Part shown: piece by piece, positions 1-8,133 of the stretch
How the letters are laid out: every line of letters begins with the position of its first letter
Numbering within the stretch: the stretch's first letter is position 1
Virus record (IMG/VR): IMGVR_UViG_3300040801_006072
Span: 180 to 64,179 of that record
Reading direction: 5' to 3' (one strand)
DNA from: a virus
DNA: 64,000 nt
Position numbers and translations under genes: made by a program
Notes under the pieces: model-generated
What the model saw: only the letters and a program-made list of their open reading frames with translations
What the model was told of the DNA's origin: nothing
The model's database searches: none

Positions 1-73
1 AACGGAATTTGTATGGCTGAGAAGGCATTAACATGCCCTCTCCTCCGGAACCTTCAATCGATAGCTTTGACAT
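1..73 (-). CDS. 5' part of a gene running off the window edge (MSKLSIEGSGGEGMLMPSQPYKFR...); possibly QueD-like given the folE neighbour
   Basis: ATG at 73-71 abuts the folE stop and the frame is open to base 1. The product guess rests only on context. Confidence 0.3.
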   Translation of the reverse strand, partial: MSKLSIEGSGGEGMLMPSQPYKFR

Positions 74-748
74 TTATTCCCCCTTTGCAAGGCTCATAAA
101 TTCTGCACGTACTGCTGGATCACTTTTAAAGCATCCGCCCAGCTTGCTGGTCACGGTGCTCGAACCAGTGTCTTCTACACCTCTACTTTTAACACAGTAG
201 TGAGTTGCGTCAATTGTTACAGCAACGTTTTCTGTGTTTAGCAGAAATGACAAAGTGTGGAAAATCTGTGATGTGAGTCTTTCTTGCACTTGCGGACGTT
301 TTGCAAAGTACTCAACGATTCTGTTGATCTTACTCAGCCCTAGAACTTTTTGATTCGGAATATAGCCGACAGTTGCAAGTCCGTCAATTACAACAAAATG
401 GTGTTCACAGTTTGACTGAACGTTGATATTTTTCTCAACTACCATTTCGTCGCACTCGAACTTGTTTTCAACCACAGTCACTTTCGGAAAAGTATCCGGG
501 TCTAGACCATAGAAGATCTCGCTCACATACATTTTTGCTACTCTGTTCGGAGTATCAATTAGACTATCGTCTTCGAGATCAAGTCCAAGAACTTCCATGA
601 TATGAGTGAAGTCTTTTTCGATTAGCTCAATACGCTGCTTTACAGTGTAAGGCTGTTCTTTTAGTGGAGTTTCGACTCCGGCGCTAATTAGGTAATCTCT
701 TACTTTGTGACCCAGTTCCGGATCGACTTTACGGGTGTCTAAGGACAT
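74..748 (-). CDS. folE: GTP cyclohydrolase I (FolE)
   Basis: Motifs TPNRVAKMY, SNCEHH, GLSKINR, PQVQERL and HYCVKSRGV. Start moved to ATG at 748 behind an AGGAGG RBS. Confidence 0.95.
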   Translation of the reverse strand: MSLDTRKVDPELGHKVRDYLISAGVETPLKEQPYTVKQRIELIEKDFTHIMEVLGLDLEDDSLIDTPNRVAKMYVSEIFYGLDPDTFPKVTVVENKFECDEMVVEKNINVQSNCEHHFVVIDGLATVGYIPNQKVLGLSKINRIVEYFAKRPQVQERLTSQIFHTLSFLLNTENVAVTIDATHYCVKSRGVEDTGSSTVTSKLGGCFKSDPAVRAEFMSLAKGE

Positions 749-815
749 GGATAACCTCCTGTTATCGTTATTATTATAGATACGCCACAAGCCTCCTGCT
801 TGTGTGTGCACGTAT

Positions 816-1202
816 TTATCCTGAGTATTGATCTACGCCACGAGAAATTGACTCGATCGTAAATTTTGCATTCTGCTTTACATAGTCTAGATTATTTTCT
901 GCATCTCTTTCGTCTCGAATTGCCTGGGCAAGTTTTTCTATTGCATTGATGGCCTTATGCAGTCTATTCTCTAGGTTCATTATTTGTTGTTCCTGTCGGT
1001 TAATCTCATCGATCATCTTATCTAGGAAACAGTCGCTGGGCCTGTAAGAAGATTCATTGGAGGCCAACTTATCGACCACAAGATCTTTTTGAACTTCGGT
1101 ATGTATTTGCTCTAATCTATCTGGAGATATATCGCGAAGTATTTGAGAAACTTTTTCTAATGTGTATTCTTCGTCTGGTGATAGAAACATCATATTACCC
1201 AT
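816..1202 (-). CDS. hypothetical coiled-coil protein
   Basis: 128-aa ORF tightly packed in the operon. Confidence 0.6.
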   Translation of the reverse strand: MGNMMFLSPDEEYTLEKVSQILRDISPDRLEQIHTEVQKDLVVDKLASNESSYRPSDCFLDKMIDEINRQEQQIMNLENRLHKAINAIEKLAQAIRDERDAENNLDYVKQNAKFTIESISRGVDQYSG

Positions 1203-1404
1203 ATTTTAATTTTTCAGCTACTTTGTCGCCAATATGATCGTGCCAAGAGCCAGCAACTAGTTCGGCAAATCCTAAGTCAGTACAAGAAAGCACAGCAGAG
1301 GTCCCTTCGCGTTCGACTGTATAGGGGTAACGAATCGCAAACCAATGTCGGCGTATCATCATTTTCGGATAAGGCTCCGATACTACGTGGCTAAAACGGA
1401 TCAT
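1195..1404 (-). CDS. hypothetical protein
   Basis: 69-aa ORF overlapping its neighbours. Confidence 0.5.
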   Translation of the reverse strand: MIRFSHVVSEPYPKMMIRRHWFAIRYPYTVEREGTSAVLSCTDLGFAELVAGSWHDHIGDKVAEKLKYG

Positions 1405-1624
1405 AGGTGCTGTCTCGATGTGTCAAGATAACATCACAGGTAGTTCGCGTTGCAAAATCTAGAGCTTGTTCGAAACTAGAATAATATCGAATCGTTGGTG
1501 TGTCGAAACTATAGTTTCCTTTCTCTTTGCAGGTTGTCCAGAACCCTAATCCCAGAAAGCAATTCTTACGCTGTACGTAAAAAGAATCCTGTTCTGGACA
1601 ATGCCGTATCCTTGCTTTGATCAT
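1391..1624 (-). CDS. hypothetical protein
   Basis: 77-aa ORF; ATGA overlap with the thyA stop; ends in TAG. Confidence 0.55.
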   Translation of the reverse strand: MIKARIRHCPEQDSFYVQRKNCFLGLGFWTTCKEKGNYSFDTPTIRYYSSFEQALDFATRTTCDVILTHRDSTYDPF

Positions 1625-2478
1625 ACTGCCATGCCTGGTTTATTTTCGAAGTCAGGTAACGGGTCATAGCCAACAAGCTCTACATCTGACCACTCTAATT
1701 GTAACATCTTTTCGAACGTAGAAACATCTTTATGTATCACCAACTGTGGCAAAACTGGAGAGTCTCGTTCGACTAACTCTTCACACATTTCAATTTGATT
1801 TTGATAGATGTGGGCGTCCCACCCAAAGTACGTAAGCTGGCCCGAGGTCATGCCTAAGTGTGCTGCAAAAAGTTCGTTGAGGAAAGCATAACTCATAATG
1901 TTGTAGGGCAAGCCATACGGAACATCATTGGAGCGCATTACAAAACAGCTATTCAATCTGTTTGTGATGGTGTCACAGGTGTACATATGCATAAGGTGGC
2001 AGGGCGGCAAAGGAGTCTCGTGTAATTGCTTGGGATTCCATGCTGTCACAATGTGACGACGACTTGTGGGGTTGTTATGCATTGCTTCGAGCATCTCTCT
2101 TACTTGATCGACACCGTCGTTGAGATCACCGTTGCCGCCAAAATTACGCCACTGGTACCCGTAGCCCTTACCCATGTTGCCTTCGTTCAAATAATCGAGG
2201 CCAACATTATCTAGAAACTCTCGAGTGGTGTTGCCTTTCCAGATATTAATATTCTTTTCTTCTAGCTTCTTTGTGTCTGTTTCGCCGCGTAGAAAGAACA
2301 TGGTCTCTTCAAACGCGATACGAAAAGCAACTTTGCGACAAGTGAGAGAAGGAAACCCTTCTTCTAGGTTCCAGTGCAGTGTTGCTCCATTTATGTATCG
2401 AGACCCGACACCTGTTCGGTCGGGCTTGTCGACTCCGTGGTCAAGAATCTGTTTGATTAGATCGAGATAATTTTCCAT
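1621..2478 (-). CDS. thyA: thymidylate synthase (ThyA)
   Basis: Motifs DRTGVG, YGYQWRNF, SRRHIVTAWNP, LPPCH and MRSNDVPYGLPYN. Confidence 0.96.
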   Translation of the reverse strand: MENYLDLIKQILDHGVDKPDRTGVGSRYINGATLHWNLEEGFPSLTCRKVAFRIAFEETMFFLRGETDTKKLEEKNINIWKGNTTREFLDNVGLDYLNEGNMGKGYGYQWRNFGGNGDLNDGVDQVREMLEAMHNNPTSRRHIVTAWNPKQLHETPLPPCHLMHMYTCDTITNRLNSCFVMRSNDVPYGLPYNIMSYAFLNELFAAHLGMTSGQLTYFGWDAHIYQNQIEMCEELVERDSPVLPQLVIHKDVSTFEKMLQLEWSDVELVGYDPLPDFENKPGMAV

Positions 2479-2803
2479 TGTGTTTTCTCTTATAAATTAT
2501 TATGTAGATTATTATGCCGGGTACCGATATTATCCAGGTACACGAAATAGCAAATACCAACAAGCTGTAAACAGCAAGGTCGATCATTGCTAGCAGAGGA
2601 TGTTGCATTTCTAGATTAAGCTTCCCGTTATGAAAAACGGGACTGATGCCCAACTGAGAAAATAAATTGTCAGGCTCCGGGTAGTCTTTGAGTAACTGTT
2701 CAGTTAAGTATCTTTGGGCTCGATACACTATCCAAGCGAGCAGAAGCAGACAGCCTATTACATAGGTTATTGCTATTCCTGTAGTGTACACACTAGAAAC
2801 CAT
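2441..2803 (-). CDS. membrane protein (2-3 TM segments)
   Basis: Hydrophobic stretches GIAITYVIGCLLLLAWIV and LAVYSLLVFAISCTWIISVPGIIIYIII. Confidence 0.55.
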   Translation of the reverse strand: MVSSVYTTGIAITYVIGCLLLLAWIVYRAQRYLTEQLLKDYPEPDNLFSQLGISPVFHNGKLNLEMQHPLLAMIDLAVYSLLVFAISCTWIISVPGIIIYIIIYKRKHNGKLSRSNQTDS

Positions 2804-3170
2804 GTCTTTCTCGATCGTATGCAGAAACATTCCGTGCCAGTCGCAATGCGTTAGACCTTAACAAATGTGCAACTGAGAATATTATGGACAGAGGTAGTAT
2901 CACCGGCCAAAAGAGCGCCACGACACATATAGCAAAGTGTAGTATTACAATATCAACGACGGCGCCTACAGGATGTGTGCCAAACCCGAAGTTTAGGTCT
3001 TCTAGGAACATACTGTCGTCGAGTCGGTCAACTTCTTTACCGGACGAATAAACCCAGACAGACATAAGCAGTCTAGGAACTGAATAGAGAAGTGCGATGG
3101 CAGTAAGCATAGTGAATAGTAGCTCTACCATAACATCTACTCTGCCATTACCAAAGAAGTATTCTATCAT
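2793..3170 (-). CDS. membrane protein (2 TM segments)
   Basis: Hydrophobic stretches LLFTMLTAIALLYSV and IVILHFAICVVALFWPVILPLSIIF. Confidence 0.6.
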   Translation of the reverse strand: MIEYFFGNGRVDVMVELLFTMLTAIALLYSVPRLLMSVWVYSSGKEVDRLDDSMFLEDLNFGFGTHPVGAVVDIVILHFAICVVALFWPVILPLSIIFSVAHLLRSNALRLARNVSAYDRERHGF

Positions 3171-3703
3171 TTGGGGTTACCTTTGTCCCTTCTTAGAAAA
3201 GTATGATTCCCATACACCACCGTAGGTGTGTAGTACTGAGCCCAGTCCGGATCGACTAGATTGTGATTGTAATAATGCGTTGCGCCCTGAGTATTATCTT
3301 TTGCAACACCACTCATTGCTAAAAGCGCTACGGTGGCAGCAACTTCAAACGCTTCGATGTTCACCTCAACTGGTTGGTCTCGATACGTTACCATTATTCT
3401 GTCTGGCTTACCATCGCAGTACCAGCTAAACTGGCACATGTTGATTTCGGGCAACCAAGGAATATCTTCTCTCGGTTTTGCGTACTGCTTGACTACATTG
3501 CACACGGTTGATGGGTATCGAGAATCACGTACTCGAGTCAGTGTAGTGTGTGCTACTGCGAATTGCCCGGCCAGTGGTTCACTTCTTGCTTCGTGGTAAA
3601 TGTTCAGGGCCATGCAGTATGCTTCAGGAATAGACACCTGCTCTTCGGATATACCAAGAGAGTTGTTTTCCAGAATTGCAATTAGCAATAATTCTGCAGT
3701 CAT
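3167..3703 (-). CDS. SleB / Hydrolase_2 family cell wall hydrolase
   Basis: Motifs CMALNIYHEARSE, GQFAVA, QFSWYCDG, GATHYYN and GNHTF. Confidence 0.9.
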   Translation of the reverse strand: MTAELLLIAILENNSLGISEEQVSIPEAYCMALNIYHEARSEPLAGQFAVAHTTLTRVRDSRYPSTVCNVVKQYAKPREDIPWLPEINMCQFSWYCDGKPDRIMVTYRDQPVEVNIEAFEVAATVALLAMSGVAKDNTQGATHYYNHNLVDPDWAQYYTPTVVYGNHTFLRRDKGNPK

Positions 3704-3749
3704 GCACTAATACTAGCAATGACCCTGAACAGGGGTCAACAGGTGTTTG

Positions 3750-4526
3750 TTACCTATAAAAAGGCAAGAACTTAACGAATTCTAGTTCGTCGTCCACAAA
3801 CACGAACATGGTACCAGTAAGGAAACCTTCAGACGATGTGCTGGGCTTACCGCAACTAGTGTCAGTGAAGAACACTTCGCCGCCTTGGTCGTTTACTACT
3901 ACCTTTTGCTCGACGTTAGACTTTCCCATGGCGTCTCGGTCGTGCCCGACAACTGCTCTGCATCCGTTTGGAATAGCAGTGACCCATGCATAGGTTCTTA
4001 CCGGGAAACCTCTTTCGTCCTTGGTTCCGTCGACTTCACCGTAGAGCGAAGTATGCTTGTGAGAAGAACGCAGATCGTCTGGTCTCTCCCAAAGGTCAGC
4101 ATGTACTCCACCGTGTGCAAAAATAGTATTGCCATAGTGGAAGTAATGGGCTGCTCTTGGGTGAGTAACCGTTGCCTGGATGTTCCTTGCAAAATCGTCC
4201 ATGCGAGTTTCGCCGACATCCTCAAGGGTCGCCAACTGTGACTTGCCTAGCTTTACTGGATTGCCGATTGTCCAACGATAGAACTTTTCTTCGTGGTTGC
4301 CAATAACAGCAGCAGCATGATTTCTATCAAGCAGATCCTTAGCTAGCTCGACCACTTCGAACGGGTAAACAGATCCGTCAACAAGGTCACCCAGGAACAG
4401 AATGAACAGGTCGTTCTCCTGTGCGTATTCGATTGCTTTGACCAGAGGTGAGAGCTCCGCGTGAATGTCACTTAGGACAATCATTCCTCGGTATGCAGTG
4501 CTGTCAACTAAACTTCTCAGGTCCAT
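3750..4526 (-). CDS. calcineurin-like metallophosphoesterase resembling the Pnkp/PrpE phosphatase module
   Basis: Motifs SDIH, GDLVDG, GNHE, AHGG, LYGEVDG...GFPVR and VVGHD. Confidence 0.8.
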   Translation of the reverse strand: MDLRSLVDSTAYRGMIVLSDIHAELSPLVKAIEYAQENDLFILFLGDLVDGSVYPFEVVELAKDLLDRNHAAAVIGNHEEKFYRWTIGNPVKLGKSQLATLEDVGETRMDDFARNIQATVTHPRAAHYFHYGNTIFAHGGVHADLWERPDDLRSSHKHTSLYGEVDGTKDERGFPVRTYAWVTAIPNGCRAVVGHDRDAMGKSNVEQKVVVNDQGGEVFFTDTSCGKPSTSSEGFLTGTMFVFVDDELEFVKFLPFYR

Positions 4527-4554
4527 CGAAATATCCTTGTATAAAGATATTTAG

Positions 4555-5334
4555 TCAAATGTCAATAAAATGTGTACTGTCGAATCCTATCAGTTCTGGG
4601 TTTTCGTATTTGACATACCCTCTCGGATTTGACATTACCCTCGTGTTTCCTATCATTGTGTCCATTGCATCATGTGTGTGACCGTAGAACCAAAAGTCCG
4701 GTTCGTATTCATACATCAGTCTGTCACAATCTGCGTGGAACGCATAATTTAACTCTTGTCCCTTGAACCGTTCTGCCACTAATGTGCGAGACGGTGAGTG
4801 ATGAGTTACAACAATAGTACTACCGTTGAATGGATTCTGCAACTGTTTTTCGATAAAATCTAGAGACTCTTTGTGGATATTTACGATGTCTTCGGGCACT
4901 AGGTTTCGATCACCAATTTTAATCAACCGGTGGTCGCTCATGCGCTGGCGCACATGCCACAAAGTGAAAGGATTGCTGTTGTTCATATCTGTCCACATAG
5001 TGGATCCAATGAATCTAAGATCGCCAAGCTCTACTGTCTGGTTCTCTAGGTAATGGAAATTTTTGATTACCCGTTCGACATTTCTCCATGCTGCTTGGAC
5101 TTGATAGTATTCGGAACCGTAGTATTCGTGGTTCCCTAACACATACACCACATCACGAAAACGATCGCAACAATCTTCGACAAGGACATAGGTACTAACA
5201 TAGTCGCCAATGTCTCCTGCTAGTACAAGAATAGTCTCGGAATCTTCTGGTAACTCTGGTATACGAAAATCACCGAACTCTAAGTGTATGTCGCTGTATA
5301 ATCTTACTCGTTGGGCCATGGGATAGGCATCCAT
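4555..5334 (-). CDS. calcineurin-like metallophosphoesterase
   Basis: Motifs SDIHLEF, LAGDIG, GNHEYY, THHSP, YGHTH and NPRGY. Confidence 0.88.
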   Translation of the reverse strand: MDAYPMAQRVRLYSDIHLEFGDFRIPELPEDSETILVLAGDIGDYVSTYVLVEDCCDRFRDVVYVLGNHEYYGSEYYQVQAAWRNVERVIKNFHYLENQTVELGDLRFIGSTMWTDMNNSNPFTLWHVRQRMSDHRLIKIGDRNLVPEDIVNIHKESLDFIEKQLQNPFNGSTIVVTHHSPSRTLVAERFKGQELNYAFHADCDRLMYEYEPDFWFYGHTHDAMDTMIGNTRVMSNPRGYVKYENPELIGFDSTHFIDI

Positions 5335-5654
5335 CCTAATTCTTTCATTGTTTCTTTTATTCTAGGAGACACTGTGCCTTCGTTGCCGTTGCAATACCAA
5401 TTTAAATAATCTTCATCGAGCTTAGAATCCACTATGTTGCGCAAATGTGCGACTACTGCTCCTGCTGTTCTCCAAGTCATCGATTCATACTCCCATCGAT
5501 CACTTAACATTAAAGATGTCGCTTCTTCGCCGGTGTCTGGAATTCTAACCCATCTCATATTGCATAGGGAAGCATAGAGTTCGCCTGCAAACTCGTCATC
5601 CAGTATTTGCCTAAGGATCAGCTTAGACTGGTATAGTGATGGTGCTAAGTCCAC
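5304..5654 (-). CDS. hypothetical protein
   Basis: 116-aa ORF overlapping both neighbours (LYASLCNMRW, SMTWRTAGAVVA). Confidence 0.65.
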   Translation of the reverse strand: MDLAPSLYQSKLILRQILDDEFAGELYASLCNMRWVRIPDTGEEATSLMLSDRWEYESMTWRTAGAVVAHLRNIVDSKLDEDYLNWYCNGNEGTVSPRIKETMKELGWMPIPWPNE

Positions 5655-6421
5655 AGACTGGTCCTCACATCAATCAAACGATGAAGCATTTCTGTGTCTT
5701 CTTTTGCTGACCTCTCTTCAAGTGATTGGTGCTGATCTGACCAGTTAAGCCATTGAGAGTATGCAAGAGGGTACTCTTTCTTAAACCTAGCATGATCCAT
5801 TAGGTACGACCAACTCCTTTCACTGTAAACTTTTGCGCACTCTTCGGGCATAACTACACTATCGTCACGATAAGGTCGCACATCTTTCCACCAGATATAC
5901 AGCTTGATCATTTCTCTTGCTGCTTTGGCCTGAGTATCTGATCTTTCATACTCATCTAAGTCGGGACCATCTAGTCCGCTAGCCCACTCCAAATAAGAAA
6001 GACCCAATTCCGGGGATCTAAAATAACGATCTTTGAATGTTGTGTAGAAAGGAAAATTGCTGAGTATTCTCTCTGCACGACTTAGCTTATCCCAGCGCTC
6101 CATGTTTCGAGCAAGTTCTGTTTCCACAAAGTTCACAAAAATCTCGAAACTGGTATGCAGAAGAATAGTGTCAGTATCATAGTAGGCAGGTTCGAGCCTA
6201 TTGTTAACTCTGTGATATCCTACTGCACGATACCTGAACCAGTCAGCTATTTTTCTGATTCGATGAGATAAGGGTCTCCAAGCTCTCTTGGGGAGAGTAC
6301 GCATCATAAAATACCTGACTGGTGCAGCTTCTTTGTATCTCTGATAAAATTCATCCCACCCTTCGGGTGTATCCGAATACGGCGGATTAAATTTCATCCA
6401 TTTAACAAATTCTTTGATCAT
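5645..6421 (-). CDS. hypothetical protein
   Basis: 258-aa ORF ending LIDVRTSLWT then TAG. Confidence 0.7.
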   Translation of the reverse strand: MIKEFVKWMKFNPPYSDTPEGWDEFYQRYKEAAPVRYFMMRTLPKRAWRPLSHRIRKIADWFRYRAVGYHRVNNRLEPAYYDTDTILLHTSFEIFVNFVETELARNMERWDKLSRAERILSNFPFYTTFKDRYFRSPELGLSYLEWASGLDGPDLDEYERSDTQAKAAREMIKLYIWWKDVRPYRDDSVVMPEECAKVYSERSWSYLMDHARFKKEYPLAYSQWLNWSDQHQSLEERSAKEDTEMLHRLIDVRTSLWT

Positions 6422-6636
6422 CTATTGCCGTCGGTTGACTGTGACACAAAACTATTTAATTTTTGTGCTTCGTCGATAATCTCCTCGGTGCTAGGTGCTT
6501 TTGTTTGAAGAACATCACACGGTTTTGCGTCCTTTTGTTCTTCTGCACATTCAGCCTGCTTCTGACCTAGCACAATACTGTACGCCAAGTGTAACAGATC
6601 TGATCGTATTTCGTAAGGGGTCTTCCCTGCCTTCAT
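6418..6636 (-). CDS. small hypothetical protein (TPYEIRSDLL motif, recalled from T4-like phages)
   Basis: 72 aa; GGAG RBS upstream; ATGA overlap with the next gene. Confidence 0.65.
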   Translation of the reverse strand: MKAGKTPYEIRSDLLHLAYSIVLGQKQAECAEEQKDAKPCDVLQTKAPSTEEIIDEAQKLNSFVSQSTDGNR

Positions 6637-6667
6637 TTTATTCTCCTTGTTGTGTGATTACAGGTAA

Positions 6668-6997
6668 TTAAGTTTGGATGGATTGATCGGGGATCAAGAT
6701 ATTTGATACTGCCCTTTCGTATGCATCCCGGAACTGTGCTGCAGGTTTGTAAAAAGCAACTACGTTCTTTCTATCGAAAACAGGATCACTGTTTTCGTCT
6801 AGCATCATTAACATTGGCGCAAACTGTGCTGCAGGCTGACCATTTGCCTGCGGAACCATAACCAATCCAAGTGGCTCTGATACTACTAACTGTGTGTCAG
6901 TAACAGAAACCACTTTACCAATTACATCGTCCCCTGATGTTAATTTTAGCCCGTAAATTTCGTTTTGCTCTATTTGTGTGTCTTTAATTTGTAACAT
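6668..6997 (-). CDS. Sm-like beta-barrel hypothetical protein
   Basis: Start reassigned to the ATG overlapping the nrdB stop (TAATG); LKLTSGDDVIGKV...VVSEPL pattern. Confidence 0.65.
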   Translation of the reverse strand: MLQIKDTQIEQNEIYGLKLTSGDDVIGKVVSVTDTQLVVSEPLGLVMVPQANGQPAAQFAPMLMMLDENSDPVFDRKNVVAFYKPAAQFRDAYERAVSNILIPDQSIQT

Positions 6998-8133
6998 TAT
7001 AGCTTGAGTCCTGCGAATGTATCGTCTCCGATATCGTTGTTGATGCCGCCTATGAGGTAACTTGTGATTTCCTCTTCCTGTGGCGCCACTTGTGTTGCTT
7101 TGGAATTGATCCAGTGTTCTGTCCAAGGCAACGGGTTGCTAGGTACATTATAAGGACCCTTTAATCCTAATGTACGCATACGCTTGTTGGCTATAAACTG
7201 CACATACTCTTTTAGAATTTCTGCATTCAAGCCAACAATGGAACCTTTGCTGAACAAGTATTCAGCCCACGCTTCTTCTTGCTCAACTGCTTCAGCATAC
7301 ATTTCGTATACCTTAGGTTCACATTCTTTTGCAATGTCTGCCATCATCTTGCCTTCACTGCCATCGGCAAACTTCTTTAGGATGTGAGAAGTAATAGCAA
7401 GGTGTAAGTTTTCATCGCGACAAATCATTTTGATAATCTTTGCAGATTTTTCCATAACGTGCATGGATTCTGCAAATGCCCATGTGCAAGCAAAGCTCAC
7501 GTAGAAACGAATTCCCTCAAGAATGTTAATTGCAACAATCATGAGGTACAGCTTTTTACGCAGCTCGTACTCATCCACTTTGATAGTTTTTCCTGCAACT
7601 TTGTGAGTGCCGATGCCTAGCATGTTGTACCAGTTAGCATATTCAATGAAGTCATCGTAATACTGTGTTACTGCCTTGGCTCTTTCAATTACAGGCTCGA
7701 TGGACATAATGCCATCTAGCATCTTACTCGGATCGTTATAAATTCCTCTGATAATATGTGTATACGAACGAGAGTGAATAGTTTCGAAGAAACTCCATGT
7801 CTCAATCAGCGTCTCAAGCTCAGGCAAAGAACAGTAAGGCAACAGAGCAACGTTTGGTGCACGGCCCTGTACACTGTCTAATAGAATTTGGTAGTACAGG
7901 TTGCTGGTAAAAATATGCTGTCCTGCTTCGCCTAATTCTTTATGGAAGTTTGCCGGATCTCTGTCGAGAGAGATCTCCTCCGGTACCCAGAAAAAGCTCA
8001 GTTGCTTTTTGATCTGCTTTTCGAAGAATTCATACTTCTGTTTGTCATATCTTGCAACGTTGACTGGATCTCCAAAGAACATTGGCTGTTTAGTTGCATC
8101 TGTCTTTTCGGTGTTAAATGTTTGAAATTTCAT
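6997..8133 (-). CDS. nrdB: ribonucleotide reductase class Ia beta subunit
   Basis: Motifs FFWVPEEI, ETIHSRSYTHII, LEGIRFYVSFA, RDENLH and VAPQEEEITSY. Confidence 0.97.
   Translation of the reverse strand: MKFQTFNTEKTDATKQPMFFGDPVNVARYDKQKYEFFEKQIKKQLSFFWVPEEISLDRDPANFHKELGEAGQHIFTSNLYYQILLDSVQGRAPNVALLPYCSLPELETLIETWSFFETIHSRSYTHIIRGIYNDPSKMLDGIMSIEPVIERAKAVTQYYDDFIEYANWYNMLGIGTHKVAGKTIKVDEYELRKKLYLMIVAINILEGIRFYVSFACTWAFAESMHVMEKSAKIIKMICRDENLHLAITSHILKKFADGSEGKMMADIAKECEPKVYEMYAEAVEQEEAWAEYLFSKGSIVGLNAEILKEYVQFIANKRMRTLGLKGPYNVPSNPLPWTEHWINSKATQVAPQEEEITSYLIGGINNDIGDDTFAGLKL

Noticed and set aside
6998-7126. Arg-rich N-terminal extension of ORF 6668..7126
   Set aside because: It is an alternate frame within nrdB. 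The real start is the TAATG-coupled ATG at 6997.
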